From: the human T2T-CHM13v2.0 reference genome, Homo sapiens
Direction: 5' to 3' (one strand)
DNA length: 64,000 nucleotides
Assembly (NCBI RefSeq): GCF_009914755.1
Contig: NC_060936.1
Shown here: piece by piece, positions 23,071 through 40,336 of the stretch
Layout: each line of letters opens with the position of its first letter
Numbering within the stretch: position 1 is the stretch's first letter
Notes under the pieces: generated by a model
What the model was told of the DNA's origin: nothing
What the model saw: only the letters and a program-made list of their open reading frames with translations
Database searches by the model: none
Position numbers and translations under genes: made by a program

Positions 23071-23416
23071 GATTTTTTTTTTTCAGAGATAGGATCTCAC
23101 ACTGTCATGCAGGCCTGAGTGCAGTGGCATGATCACAGCTCACTGCAGCCTCTATCACCTCAGCCTCAAGCGATCCTCCCATCTCAGCCTCCCAAGTAAC
23201 TGGAACTATAGGCGCCTGCCACCATGCCTGGCTAATTTTTTTATTTTTTGTAGAGACAGGTTTTGCCATGTTACCCAGGCTGGTCTTGACCTCCTGGGCT
23301 CAAGCAATCTGACCCCCTTGGCCTCCCAAAGTGCTGAGCCACTGTGTCCAGCCTTTTTTTTCCTCTTTAAAGAGAAAAAAGAAAAAATCACATTTATGGA
23401 TACAGCTATCTTTTAG

Positions 23417-23662
<246 letters not shown>

Positions 23663-23996
23663 TAACTCACAAGAACTAAGCTTTACTTTTCAAATATGCT
23701 GAAGGCAGCCAAGGGTTCCAGCAGGAAATGGAGAAGGGAGAGGAGGCAATCGGAGGCAGCGGTGGGCATCCTGCATGCCCCAAGGCTGGAGGGAGACTGA
23801 GGGCCTCTCCTGTTGTAAGGCCTCCTAGTCCTCTGACTGCTGCATCTGCCAGGCTGACAGCCTCAGGCCGTGCAACTTTTCCTGCAGAACTGTGGGAAAG
23901 GGGTGGGAATGGGAGGTTGCCCAGCTTGGTGAGGGAGTGGGTTCATGGGAGCGGCTCTTTGGGCCTCTCAGGGGCTGTTCACCAGGGCAAAGCTAG

Positions 23997-24353
<357 letters not shown>

Positions 24354-24731
24354 TAAGTATTTAACACATGTAATCCCAGCACTTTGGGAGGCGGAGGTGG
24401 GCGGATCACTTGAGGTCAGGAGTTAGACCAGCCTAGCCAACATGGAGAAACCCTGCCTCTACTAAAAATACAAAAGTTAGCCAGGCGTGGGGGCACGTGC
24501 CTGTAATCCTAGTTACTAGGGAGGCTGAAGCACGAAAATTGCTTGAACTTGGGAGGCGGAGGTTGTAGTGGGCTGAGGTTACACCACTGCACTCCAGCCT
24601 GGGCAAGAGTGAGACTCTATCTCAAAAAAAAAAAAAAAAAAAAAAAATTTTTGGAGCCATGACTGATGAAGTACTGCCACTTGGTGGCAGCATGCCTAGG
24701 CTGTGCAGCAGCCCCCTTGACCTTCCCACAG

Positions 24732-24892
24732 GTGACACTGGAGACCACCATTGGCAACAAGAACCCAGCCCTGTGGAAGTATGTGCGGCCCAGGGGCTGT
24801 GTGCTGGAGTGGGTACGCAACATCGTGGCCAACCGCCTGGCCTCGGATGGGGCCACCTGGGCAGACATCTTCAAGAGGTTCAACAGCGGCAC
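24732..24892 (+). CDS. PLBD2: PLBD2 exon 7 (VTLETTIGNKN...FKRFNSGT)
   Basis: ttcccacag| ... AC|gtgagt; 161 nt; visible in ORF 24666..24896. Confidence 0.96.
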
Positions 24893-25477
24893 GTGAGTGG
24901 GCTTCTGGCCCTGTGGCTTCCCCTGCACCAAGAGATAGACCAACCTCCCCTTTAACACTCACACTCCTGGGGACCAGATGTGGCATCCGGGCCACACACC
25001 CCACGCCCTCCTTTGTTTCATACATGGGGAGACTGAGGCTAGGGAAGGAAAGGATTTGCCCCTCCCCTGCAGGCTCCTCAGCCTAGGAAGGGGTGCCTTG
25101 GTGGCAGTACAGGAAGAGCACTTGGAACCTGAAGACTCTCAAGGGGACAGTGGGGAGGGCTGTTTGAGGAGGTGGACGTGGGTGGGTGGCAGGGCCTGTG
25201 AGCCAGAGACACTGGAACTGGGCAGTGCAGATCTTACAGCATCCGGCAGAGGAGCTGACCTAGGGAGCCACAGAATATTCTGGAACAGTCAAGCAGCATG
25301 ACGAGAGAGGGGTTTGTGGATACCTGGTCATGCTGCAGCGTCAGGGTGTCAGTTGAATGGCTGGACAACCCCAGGCCCACTTCCTGTAATTCCTAGCTGA
25401 GTGGGACACTGCAGGGTGGGGAAAGCTGGGGAGGTGGCTCCAGGCTCTGTTCAGTCCTCCCTTCCCCTGCCCGGCAG

Positions 25478-25573
25478 GTATAACAACCAGTGGATGATCG
25501 TGGACTACAAGGCGTTCATCCCGGGTGGGCCCAGCCCCGGGAGCCGGGTGCTTACCATCCTGGAGCAGATCCC
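25478..25573 (+). CDS. PLBD2: PLBD2 exon 8 (YNNQWMIVDYKAF...LEQIP)
   Basis: cccggcag| ... CC|gtgcgt; 96 nt, phase 2-2; completes the NSGTYNNQW motif. Confidence 0.95.
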
Positions 25574-25838
25574 GTGCGTACCCTGGGAGGGAGGGGTGGG
25601 GGCTCGGGGCAGAGGGGACTGCCAGGGTGAAGGCCCAGAGCCGTGCTGGCGCTGTGCAGGAAGTGAACGATCTCAGGAGGGTGTGGCTGGAAGAGAAGGT
25701 GTCCCTGGTGGGGGCTGAAGTTCAGGACTTAATCCATCCTCCAGGCAATGGGGAGCCATCGGGGCTCCCCGAGCAGGGCAGTGCCCACAGGAGCCCCTTT
25801 TCTGATCACCTCCACCCCATCTCTCTTCTCGGTCTCAG

Positions 25839-25910
25839 CGGCATGGTGGTGGTGGCTGACAAGACCTCGGAGCTCTACCAGAAGACCTACTGGGCCAGCT
25901 ACAACATACC
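25839..25910 (+). CDS. PLBD2: PLBD2 exon 9 (GMVVVADKTSELYQKTYWASYNIP)
   Basis: ggtctcag| ... CC|gtgcgt; 72 nt; YWASYNIP motif. Confidence 0.95.
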
Positions 25911-26374
25911 GTGCGTGCCTTCTCACTCCGCTCCCCGTCACCCTCCAGGGCATCCACCTCACTCCTTGCCCAGCTCCTTCCTAGGCAATGTTTTTAAACC
26001 CACAGAACAAAGAATCCCAGCCTACCCCCTTTTCTGGCCAGGAGAGCCCAGACAGTTTGGCAGTGTAGTTGCATGGCTTAAGTCAGCATCCATGTGACCT
26101 CTGGTTCTAACACCCAGAGCAGGGTGGTGTGGGGTGGCCAGGCTCAGGGACTGGCCCCTGCCAGGGTCTCTGACTGGATCTGCCTTACTGGGCTGTACAG
26201 CTGTCACCTCCTGAGGCTCACTTACTTTACCTGCATTTTCTCATTTGACTCTTAAAATTGCCACATGTGGTCACTAGAGTTCCTGTTCCCATCTCACAGA
26301 TGATGAAACTGAGGCCCTGAGAAAGTACCTCACTTTCCCAAGCTTCCCCTGTTGGCGAATGGTGAAGGCAGGAT

Positions 26375-27446
<1,072 letters not shown>

Positions 27447-27563
27447 GAATGTCGTAGTTGTAAGTAATAATGTCCTGGTGTGACTGCCCCTCCCCTCCCT
27501 GGCCACAGCCTTGGCTGAGTGAGGCCAGTGGGGGTCATGGGTGACCATCCTTGTCCCCGGCAG

Positions 27564-27716
27564 GTCCTTCGAGACTGTGTTCAATGCCAGTGGGCTGCAG
27601 GCCCTAGTGGCCCAGTATGGGGACTGGTTTTCTTATGACGGGAGCCCCCGGGCCCAGATCTTCCGGCGGAACCAGTCACTGGTACAAGACATGGACTCCA
27701 TGGTCAGGCTGATGAG
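27564..27716 (+). CDS. PLBD2: PLBD2 exon 10 (SFETVFNASG...SPRAQIFRRNQS...MVRLMR)
   Basis: ccccggcag| ... AG|gtaggt; 153 nt; PRAxIFxR motif. Confidence 0.95.
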
Positions 27717-28370
27717 GTAGGTGCCAGTTGGGTGGTGGGTTGGGGAGAGGGAGGCCGCAGGAACACAGAACTTCCTGTGCGCTTTTTGTACCAACTCATT
27801 CAAACTTTGCTGCCAGCCCCAGAGGGCCAGCAGGGGGTGGTCAGATGTTGGACACCAGTGCAGCAGCTCGGTGGCCGCTCTCCACTTGGGCCCTGTCACT
27901 GTCCTCATAGCTAAGGGGAGGATGCTAGACATCTGTTGAGTGACCTGTACTGCTAGGCACTATGCTTGGTACCAGGAGCAACAGGTAGAAAACCTGTGCC
28001 CCACTGTCCTGTCTCTTGGGCGGTGCAGAAATCCATCAAGTTCTTGCACTGGTGTCAATGTGTAAAGATGGCTGTGTTCCAAGAGAGGCTATCCAGGAAC
28101 AAACGGGTGCCTCACCTGGCTGGGGTGGTGGCATGGAGGCCTTCCCTGAGGATGAGTGCCTGAGCAGAGAGCTGAATAATGAAGGCAGAGTGACTTAGGT
28201 GAAGGGGTCCGGGCCCCAGGCAGAGGAACTGTCGGGGGTAGTGTGCAGTGGGAGGGGCTCATCAAGTTGAAGGCTGGCAGCTGTTAACGGGGCTGCCTGT
28301 GAGGATTTTGGCCCCCGTCTTAGCCTCTCCTTCCTGGGATGACTGATGTTCCCTCCTTTTCCCCATCCAG

Positions 28371-28533
28371 GTACAATGACTTCCTCCATGACCCTCTGTC
28401 ACTGTGCAAAGCCTGCAACCCCCAGCCCAATGGGGAGAATGCTATCTCCGCCCGCTCCGACCTCAACCCGGCCAATGGCTCCTACCCCTTCCAGGCCCTG
28501 CGTCAGCGCTCCCATGGGGGTATCGATGTGAAG
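28371..28533 (+). CDS. PLBD2: PLBD2 exon 11 (YNDFLHDPLS...AISARSDLN...HGGIDVK)
   Basis: ccccatccag| ... AAG|gtgctg; 163 nt; visible in ORF 28339..28551. Confidence 0.95.
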
Positions 28534-28667
28534 GTGCTGCCTCCTCCCTAGGGCCTGAGCTGTGGGTGGGGGAAGTCACCATCACCAGCTTTGGGGAAGG
28601 GACAGGTTGGGGCAAAGCTGATGGCGGGGCAGGAATCACAGTCGGAATTGGGCTGTGGTTGGGGTCA

Positions 28668-28976
<309 letters not shown>

Positions 28977-29085
28977 GTGACAGTTCAGAATTGGGCTCTG
29001 GGGTCAAGGTCAGGGTGGGAGGCTGGGTGCCTGGATTGGGGCAGGCCAGGACCCCTGCTCAGCTGCGGCTCTGCCCTGTCCCCAG

Positions 29086-29253
29086 GTGACCAGCATGTCA
29101 CTGGCCAGGATCCTGAGCCTGCTGGCGGCCAGCGGTCCCACGTGGGACCAGGTGCCCCCGTTCCAGTGGAGCACCTCGCCCTTCAGCGGCCTGCTGCACA
29201 TGGGCCAGCCAGACCTCTGGAAGTTCGCGCCTGTCAAGGTTTCATGGGACTGA
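29086..29253 (+). CDS. PLBD2: PLBD2 exon 12, coding part (VTSMSLARIL...GPTWDQVPPFQW...VSWD*)
   Basis: tgtccccag| acceptor; 168 nt to the TGA at 29251-29253. Confidence 0.95.
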   Translation: MTSMSLARILSLLAASGPTWDQVPPFQWSTSPFSGLLHMGQPDLWKFAPVKVSWD

Positions 29254-29809
29254 AGTTCTGTCCCTGCTCTGCTGCTTTCGCCCCTGCTGACCCTCGTCAG
29301 GGTCACCCCCGTCCCAAGGCCACCGGACTTCTAACTCCAGCCCCTCCTGGGGGCTTCGTTCTCTGATCTGGGGTCTGAGTCATCTCCTCCTAGAGTGGGT
29401 CACGAACCTGATGGGGCTCAGAACTGACTCCCTCTCTCCCCCGAGGTGGGTGGGCACCGTGGCGTCTCTTCTGCCCTGCCCTAAATCTCCCACTCTCTGT
29501 TTCTGTCTGTTTCCTACTGCTGCTCTCTCAACCTCATTCCCACCTCTGGGGCCCCTTCCTCGTGCTTCTCCTTCCTGAGGGTTTGGGAAGGTCCTGGGGC
29601 AGACTCTGGGGCTCCCATGGGGTGGAAGGAGCCTGTTCCAGCACCCTTCTCCCAGCTGCATTCCCACGGGTGGCCCTGGAGCTGGTGAGCTTTGTCTGGG
29701 CGTTGTCTTCGGCTGGCATTGCTCCTCCCAGCTCTGGCCCCTCTGCTCCCTCAGGAAGCAGTCCCCTCGTCTCCCTTTCTGGGCAGCTTCCTTGAGGACA
29801 GAAACTTGA

Positions 29810-31680
<1,871 letters not shown>

Positions 31681-32173
31681 ATGTTTATTGAGCACCTGTG
31701 TTCTGGGTCCTATTTGGGAGCCTTGTTAACCACCAAGACCTTCCTAAGCCATATTGTGGTATACAGACAGATACAAAAAAAAAGGCTCTCTCCCTGTCTG
31801 ATCTCATGCAGCCTGCCTTGGAGACAAGACTCTCCCAGTGCTGTGTGCTTGGAGAGAGGAAAGCACACAGCCCTGGAGTCAGAGACCTGGGTTTCAATTC
31901 TGTCTCCACCTCTTATTAGCTAGCTATGGACTCCTCTCTGAGCCTCGATTACCTCATCTGTGAAATGGGGTAATGGTGTGAGCAGCGTTTCCCTGGGGGA
32001 TGTGATGCAGCCCACTTGGGGCCTCATGCACTCAGCATCTCTTTATTAGCAAACACTTATTGAACCCCTAGTACATGCCAGGCACTGTTATGAGGTCCCG
32101 GGGATACTTTATAACAAAAGGGACAGAAGCATTCCTGCTCTTGTGAAGTTTACATTGACTAGATAGTAAACAA

Positions 32174-32226
32174 AATAAATGAAATATGCAGTGTGTCAGT
32201 GCTGGTAAACCCGTGGAGAAAATAAA
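32174..32226 (+). terminator. PLBD2: Distal PLBD2 polyadenylation signals (AATAAA at 32174-32179 and 32221-32226)
   Basis: Two canonical hexamers in L2-like sequence, with T-rich sequence from about 32258. Confidence 0.5.
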
Positions 32227-33089
32227 GCAAGGTTGGGGTCTGGGGTTGGGAATTGACTTGTGGTTTTATCTTATTTTCCTTTTTATTTATTTATTTATTT
32301 TTTGAGACGGAGTCTCACTCTGTCGCCAGACTGGAGTGTAATGGCACAATCCCGGCTCACTGCAACCTCTGCCTCCTGGGTTCAAGTTATTTTTCCTTTT
32401 TGTAGAGACAGAGTCTCACTGTGCCAACCAGCCTGGTCTTGAACTCCTGGGCTCAAGCGATCCTCCCACAGGCGTGAGCCACTGCGCCCAGCCCTGAGTG
32501 ACTCTTAAACTTCAGTTTGAACTTGGGGTCATCCAGAAAGTACCCTGAGGGTGGGGTTCCCTCCATGCTCTGGAGCCAGCCCCAGTAATTCCTCTTTGAT
32601 CTATGATACGGGCTTCAGCATATGCTTTTGTTGGAAGAGAGGGCTCCATGTTTGAGGAGGGTTTGCATGACATTGACTTCAAGTCCACCCACCCTTTCCC
32701 TCTCCCAGAGATGGGTGTCCAGTGTCAGCTCACACACGCCCAGGGGAGGGGGCCTCACTTCTTTGCTTCCATTGGGTCTGTGATGAAATAATTCTGACTT
32801 AGTAGGAAGGACTTCATATCAGAATGAAGTTGGCCTCCCCAGCTGCTTCTGCCTTCAGCGGAGGCAGCCTTTGTCCCACCCCAAGTCCCTCTTGTTTAGC
32901 CACCTGCTTCCTGTGGTACAGGGATGCCCCTGTCCTGGCATGCAAGACTAGCTGGAGTCAGGCTCCTGGCCTCACTCTGGGGCCCCAGTTGAGAGCTGGG
33001 GCTGAGAGCAGACTTGGGGTGGAAGGAAAGCAGGAAAGGAGACAGCTGATGATGGGAAAATGCACAGGATCTTTGTTTCATAAATATAT

Positions 33090-33095
33090 TTTATT
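33090..33095 (-). terminator. SDS: SDS polyadenylation signal AATAAA
   Basis: TTTATT on the + strand, about 475 nt past the stop codon. Confidence 0.8.
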
Positions 33096-33567
33096 TTTCA
33101 ATGAAAAAGTTTGCACATTAGAAAAATTAGTAAGGGTCAGGGGTGGGCTTCCTGGGAGGATGGCTGAGATGGTTCCTCAACCCTGGTTGGTGGCCCTGTT
33201 GACCTTCACTGGGAACAAGTTCAGGGGCGAGGTCACAGCTTTGAGGAATTCCTCACTGCTGTGATTCAGGTCTCTCCTGTCCACCCTGCTCTGGGTACCT
33301 GGTGTGTTACTTGTGGGCACTTGTCACGCCAGCAAGTTGGCTAAGGATGGGCACAGAGCAGTCACACAGATACCAAAAAGGTCCAATTCATAGCCTCGCT
33401 GGCTGCCGACCTTTGGCCTCTGCATAGTGGGCTCCTGATAACAAGAAGTTAACCTGCACCCAGGCCACAGGTGCTCAGCCAAACATACGACGAGGCGCTG
33501 GATAAAACTCCAGCCCCTCCAGGGGTCTCTTGGGCTAGGAGAGCACAGATCGGTAAGGGGTCCGTCC

Positions 33568-33776
33568 TCACTTGGGCAACCTATTTGTCATGCCCAGCTG
33601 TTCCTTGAGCGCCCGCAGCTGGGCCAGGCTGATGTTGCTGCCCCCGCAGACGATGACCACGAGGGATGGCAGCGGGGTTCGGAGATTCCCCTCCAGTTGG
33701 AGCTTCTGGATCACGTGGCTATAGACAGCGGCCAGGGCTGCCCCGCAGGCGGGCTCCACCAGGATCTTCTCATCAT
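33568..33776 (-). CDS. SDS: SDS exon 8, coding part (DDEKILVEPACGAALAAVY...MTNRLPK*)
   Basis: Minus-strand acceptor tctggcag|; matches ORF 33568..33828. Confidence 0.96.
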
Positions 33777-34518
33777 CTGCCAGAGAAGGGGCGTGACAGG
33801 GGCGTGGCCTGAGTTTCCCAGGGTGCACAGGAGCTGACAGGCCATTGGCAGGACCTGGGAATACTGAGCCAATCAGCTCTCAGCCCTGGCTGCAGCCGCA
33901 GGTCCTGAACCAAACGTCCCGTCATCGGCCTGAATTGGCCCTTCCAAGCCTGAGCCAGGGCCTGGGTTTCATCATGAGTGCTAACACTGATAGAATGAGT
34001 GTGGTTGCGTGAGCACTGTGTTGAGAAGGATTCTGAGGCATCATCTGAGCAAGAGTTCCATGGTTGATTAGCCAAGTGTGCAGCAGGTACAGAAGCATAA
34101 ATGGTACTATTTTTTTCTCTCTTTTTTGCCATCCCTGCCCTAGACGGAACCCAGAAAGAGTCCAGCCTAGTTACAGACTCACCTCTGAATGAATCAAACT
34201 CTGAGCCCCATGTTTTCCTTTTTTTACCCTGGCTGCCAGGAAACTCAGAAGCAACATTTTAAATATTCACTTATTGTTTTCTGCTGCTATGGTTATCAGG
34301 CTTACTTTTCTATTTACTTTTCCATTATGTGTGGCTTTTGCTTTTCTATTTCTACACGGCATTGTATTATCTTCTATTAATGGAAAATTCTAGGCAGAGG
34401 TGGAAGACAGAACTGTGAAGGAAACTTGGGGTGAGTGGGATCCCCAGTGGCATACCAAGTGGACAGCCACTTAGCGCCTGAGTCAGCAGGTCAGGTCATG
34501 GGAGGACCTGGCACATAC

Positions 34519-34643
34519 CCACGAACTTCTCAATGGCGGCCACAGCCTCCTGGTCCGAGATAACTTCAGAGAAAATGGGGTGTTCCTGAAACAGCTTCAG
34601 GGCCTGAGCCCCCACAGTCTTCACGCCCAGGGCCTTGGCAACA
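34519..34643 (-). CDS. SDS: SDS exon 7 (VAKALGVKTVGAQALKLFQEHPIFSEVISDQEAVAAIEKFV)
   Basis: ttctctcag| ... G|gtatgt on the minus strand; 125 nt. Confidence 0.95.
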
Positions 34644-34883
34644 CTGAGAGAAGTGGGAACCCAGAAGAGGATGGGAGTGGGGGAAACAGGAGAGAGATGG
34701 GGGCAGGGAGGGAGAGAAGGAGATGGATGTGAGACAGAGAAGGCAATGCATCTGGGGGCAGGGGGACAGGTATCACCTCTGCAGCTGTAAAACCCTGAAA
34801 AGCCTCAGGGATCCCCAAACCAAGTGGGGTCTTCTAATAAGGTGCAGAGTGTTTGAATTGACATCATATAGTATATTCTTTAG

Positions 34884-35357
<474 letters not shown>

Positions 35358-36094
35358 TAAGAGGACCCTTGTTGTTCCCTGCTAGGACTCCCTGCTTTTG
35401 CTCCGGGTTACAACCGCTACCTGGTTAACCCTCATGAAGCTTAGCACCACTCTGCCTGCCCACATCCTGCTGTGTCCTTCAAGGCTCAGGATTAAGGCCA
35501 CCTCCTCCAAGGAGTCCTCCTGGGAGAGTACTGAGTCCCACGGCCCTATGTGGAATTCTCAAATAGTCCTCCCTGCTAGTAACAAGCGCCCTGAGTACTT
35601 CTTGAGAAAGTGTTAGGTGCCAAGCACTTCACAAGCATTATTGAATTCACACAAGAATTCTGCTGTTGTTAATTGGTTTGATTTTGGAAAGGGGAAACTG
35701 AGGCAGAGAGTGTACAGTCACTTGCCCAAGGTCACACACCTAGGGAGTGCTGGAGCTGGGGCTGCAAGCAGGATCTGTATAACTTCAAGACCTGCACTGG
35801 TAACCAATGTGTTGACGCTGTCCCCAGCTTCCTGGGGTGACCACTAGCTCTATTCCCAGCTCAGCTGCCCCCTCTCCCTTCCCCAGGAGCATCTTGAGGG
35901 CCTGAGCCACCTCAGCCCTCAGCAGCACGTGGTTTACAGTAGGCGCTCAGCCATGACGTCTTCAGTCCCTACAGTGTGGGACACAGCAGCTCCAGATGCC
36001 AGGCTCAGGAATCTGGAAGAAGTTCTTACCTGGCTGGGCTCAGTCTTCCCTATCTGTAGGGGAGACTATTGTCTGCCCCGGTGTCTTTTCTAGC

Positions 36095-36445
36095 TGCACT
36101 TATGGGCACCTGGTGTAAAGACATTTCCCAGCCTCCCTTGCAGCTGGATGTGGCCATGTGACTAAGTTCAGGCCAACGAAAGGTAAGTGGAAGTGTTGTG
36201 TCTGTCTTTGAAGGTTGGAGCATAGCCTTCTGCCCTTGCTTCCCCATCCCTGCCAAATGGAATGTGGGTGTGATAGCTGGCACTCAGGCAACCATTTTGG
36301 ACTGAAACACTACATGCTAAGGATAATGGGGAAACAAACTCAAGGGACCTGGCGCCCTGACTTTTCATGGTAAAGTTCAATCTCATTTAAGTCACTGTTA
36401 TTTGGGCCTTCTGTGTAATGGGGTCAAAACCTAATCCTAATTAAA
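36095..36445 (+). mobile_element. MLT1 LTR relic in SDS intron 6
   Basis: acatttcccagcctcccttgcagct...ggccatgtgactaagttc...ttaagtcactgttatttgg...ctaatcctaa. Confidence 0.65.
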
Positions 36446-36577
36446 TACTATCTACCAGCCGGGTGCGGTGGCTCACGCCTGTAATCCCAGCACTTTGGGA
36501 GGCTGAGGTGGGCAGATCACCTGAGGTGAGGAGTTCGAGACTAGCCTGGCTAACACGGTAAAACCCCATTTCTACTA

Positions 36578-36724
<147 letters not shown>

Positions 36725-36929
36725 TCAAAAAACAAAGACAAAAACAAACAAACTATCAAAGGTTTGGGGCTTGGATATGAACTCCTTAGGAGCAAGACTT
36801 GTGTTTATGCACCACTCTCTCCCCAGATCAGCCAGTGTCTTACACACAATAGGGGCTCAGTAAATGGTTGGCAAAGTAATGAGGTATGTAAAACCTTGCC
36901 ACAGAGGACTCAGTAAATGATTCCTATGA

Positions 36930-37275
36930 GACCTTCCTTCCTTCCTTCCTTCCTCCCTCCCTCCCTTTTTCCTTTCCTTTCCTTTCCTTTCTTTCTCTTT
37001 CTCTCTTTTTCTTTCTTTCTTCCTTTCTTTCTCTTTTTTCTTTCTTTCTCTCTTTCTTTCTCTTTCTTTTTCTTTCTCTCTTTCTCTTTCTCCTTTTTTC
37101 TTTCTTTCTCTCTCTTTCTTTCCTTTCTTTCCTCTTCCTTTCTCCTTCCTTCCTTCTTTCCCTCCCTCCCTCCCTCTCTCCCTTCCTTCCTTCCTTCCTT
37201 CCTTCCTTCCTTCCTTCCTTCCTTCCTTCCCTCCCTTCCTCCCTCCCTCCCTCTCTCCCTTCCTTCCTTTTTCTT
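36930..37275. repeat. Polypyrimidine (CCTT/CTTT)n tract
   Basis: About 345 bp of C/T only. Confidence 0.95.
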
Positions 37276-37284
37276 TGTTTCTAG

Positions 37285-37380
<96 letters not shown>

Positions 37381-37792
37381 TAGCCTGGGACTATGCGTGT
37401 GTGCTACCACGCCCAGTTAATTTAAAAAAAAAACAAAAAACTTTTTTTAGAGGTGGGAATCTCTCTATGTTGCTCAGGCTGGTCTTGAACTCCTGGCCTC
37501 AAGTGATCTTCCTGCCTCAGCCACCCAAAGTGCTGGGATTACAGGCACAAGTCACTGTGCCCAGCCTCATATGAGGCTTTTCACGTGAGGAAGTGTGACA
37601 TGTTGGAGTCACACAGACTTGGGTTTGAGTCCAAGCTGTACCACTCACTGGACGTGGCCCTGGGCAAGCGATCAAAGCCTCCGTTGTCTCATCTGTGAAA
37701 CAGGCTGACATCAGGATCTATCTCAAAGCCAGCCCTAAGGGGGACTCCCCAGTGCTTGCTGGACACCCGAGGGAGGCACCCCAGCTGCTCAC

Positions 37793-38020
37793 CTGGTGAT
37801 CTTGGGCAGGGAGACAAGTTTGCCTGCGGTGGTGGCAGCGTGGAAGCTGTGGGCACCAAAAGTCTCCATGGCGATGACAGGCACGTCCCCCCAGCCCACC
37901 TCCTGCAGCCCCTGGACCACTCCACACAGCAGGCCCCCGCCGCCCACTGACAGCGCGATGGCCCCCGGCTTTTCCCACAGTGTCTCCTTCAGCTCTTTCA
38001 CGATGGAAGCGTGGCCTTCC
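37793..38020 (-). CDS. SDS: SDS exon 6 (EGHASIVKELKE...SVGGGGLLCG...LPKIT)
   Basis: ccctccag| ... AG|gtgagc; 228 nt; ORF 37789..38073. Confidence 0.96.
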
Positions 38021-38629
38021 CTGGAGGGTGGGGAGAGGGGGTGGCAGGTCAGGGCTAGGCTTCCTGGAGACACCAGCTCAGGTTTGCACCGGCCTTATCC
38101 CAGCTGATGGGGCCTGGAGCTAGTTCCCTCCCCACCCCCAACCTTGGCTTCTAGCTGCCAGCATCTGTGTCTCTGCCTGAGGACCTTCTCTGGCCACCTG
38201 AGCTACCTGCAAACAGAGTCAGGAGATGGCAGCCCCTTAAGGCAGCCCTCAACCAATGGCTACGAGTCGGTGTACAAACTCCCCTGCTCCTTCTCCCAGG
38301 GGGCGGGAAACTGCTGTGCGCCTTCTGCACTGGCTCCCAGGGTCCCCGAGGGATTAAGCTCTAGCCACCCACAGCGGCCACCTGCCTTTGAAAGCCCCCT
38401 TCCTGACATTTTGGACTGGATGATAGAAAAAGAAAAAAGAAACAGCAAAGCCCCCTTCCTTCCCTGGCTTACTTCCCCACTCCCCCACTGAATCACCTCC
38501 CAAATAAACTCCTTTCCCTGAAACCTTTGTCCCCAAGTCTGCTTCCAGGAGGACTCAACTGCAGACACTTGGGCATCTGTGTGCTTGCATGTTCAGCCTT
38601 GGGTGTGTTGCATGTGCAGCCGTGGATAA

Positions 38630-38935
<306 letters not shown>

Positions 38936-39142
38936 TGATCCTCCCACCTTGGCCTCCCAAAGTGCTGGGATTACAGGCGTGAGCCACTGTGCCCCGCCTA
39001 AGTGTGCTTCTACATGGTGGTGTGCGCACACATGTGCAGCTGCTGTGCATGAGGACGTGATGATGTGCATCATAGCAATGCCTGCCCAGTGATATAGGGC
39101 AGTGGCTGCCACCCCCACCAAGTGACCTTGAACTCCACATAC

Positions 39143-39234
39143 CAGATGAGGGGGTCATCAAAGGGGGGAATGTAGACCCAACCCGGGTTGTTCTTCGCTA
39201 GGGCCTTGGCCAGCTCGAAGGCTTCATCCAATAA
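39143..39234 (-). CDS. SDS: SDS exon 5 ([31 protein letters not shown])
   Basis: tttgcag| ... TG|gtatgt; 92 nt. Confidence 0.96.
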
Positions 39235-39334
39235 CTGCAAAGCCACAGGGGAGATAGGAGGGGGTGAGGCACAGGGGGCACCCTGTCCAGCCACCAGGCG
39301 CCCTCTCTCTTCCTTGCCCTGGGTCGGCACTCAC

Positions 39335-39474
39335 CTCACCCACCACCTTGACTGTGGCACCTTCATTCTTGAGGCGCTCAATGGTGAGAGCAGGTGTGGT
39401 GCTGGGCACCACGATGGTGGCGGGGACGCCGAGTTGCCTGGCCGCATATGCAGCCGCCATGCCTGCGTTGCCCG
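39335..39474 (-). CDS. SDS: SDS exon 4 (GNAGMAAAYAARQLGVPATIVVP...KVVGE)
   Basis: cctggcag| ... GAG|gtgagt; 140 nt. Confidence 0.96.
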
Positions 39475-39739
39475 CTGCCAGGGTCGGGGGTGGAGAGCGT
39501 GTCAGTGCGGGAGCATCTGGGAGCCCAGGCAGGACTGTGTACCTTCTACTGGGGGCTCTGGAGTTCCCCCCTCACCTCCCCACCCTGGGCGACTGCTGGC
39601 CTCCCCCTGGAATTCCAAATTGGTGGCTGCTGCCATTGTTTTCAGTGGCACATTGCTGGGGAAACCAGGGCTCAGAGAAGCAGAGTGTCTGATCCCAGGA
39701 CACACAGCAGAGGACAGGATGGGGAAGCAGATCACTTAC

Positions 39740-39779
39740 CCGAGGAGCAGACAAAATGTGCACAGCCTTGCTTGGCCCA
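39740..39779 (-). CDS. SDS: SDS exon 3 (WAKQGCAHFVCSS)
   Basis: tctccacag| ... G|gtaagt; 40 nt; keeps the frame between exons 2 and 4. Confidence 0.93.
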
Positions 39780-40183
39780 CTGTGGAGACAACAGGAGAGG
39801 CACTCAGGCCCACCTCCCAGTCATTGCCTGTGCTCTTCCTCCCCACCTGGAATACCTGCCAGGATTCCAGTGGACACGGACGTTTCCTTCACTCAGAATT
39901 TGTTCTACCCTTGTCTGAGACTGCACCTCCCATCTCCAAAGAGACTGGCTCAGGAAAGGGTGGAGGAAAATAGGCGACTGATGGCTCTGGGATCAGTCCC
40001 AAGGAACCCTCCTGGAAGGGCACCCCTCAAACAGAGGAAGCCCTAATGGTGGACGCTCAGTCCTTGCGGGGAGTCAGTAGGCTTATCCTACAACGCCTTT
40101 AATTTCACACAGCACTGGCCCTGCCCTGTTGAGGAAGGAGGACCTGCCACCCCTGCCCAGATAATGCTGACCCGGTCCCGTAC

Positions 40184-40336
40184 CCTCTTGCAGAAGTGCC
40201 CAATGCCCCGGATCTTGAAGGAGCCGGAGGGCTGGGCACTGTCCATCTTGAGGTAGACGCTGGTGCCGGCCATTTTGGACAGGGCCATGCTGTCACGGAT
40301 GGGGGTCTTCACGTGCAGGGGTTCTCCAGACATCAT
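40184..40336 (-). CDS. SDS: SDS exon 2, coding part (MMSGEPLHVKTP...SGSFKIRGIGHFCKR)
   Basis: Acceptor ttctcccag|GAATG (exon starts at 40338); donor AGG|gtacgg; ORF 40088..40336. Confidence 0.96.

Noticed and set aside
32781-32799. TGATGA...CTGA resembling snoRNA C/D boxes
   Set aside because: The boxes are only about 8 nt apart, the site is intergenic and there is no terminal stem.
39188-39973. 261-aa + strand ORF
   Set aside because: Antisense shadow of GC-rich SDS exons 3-5.
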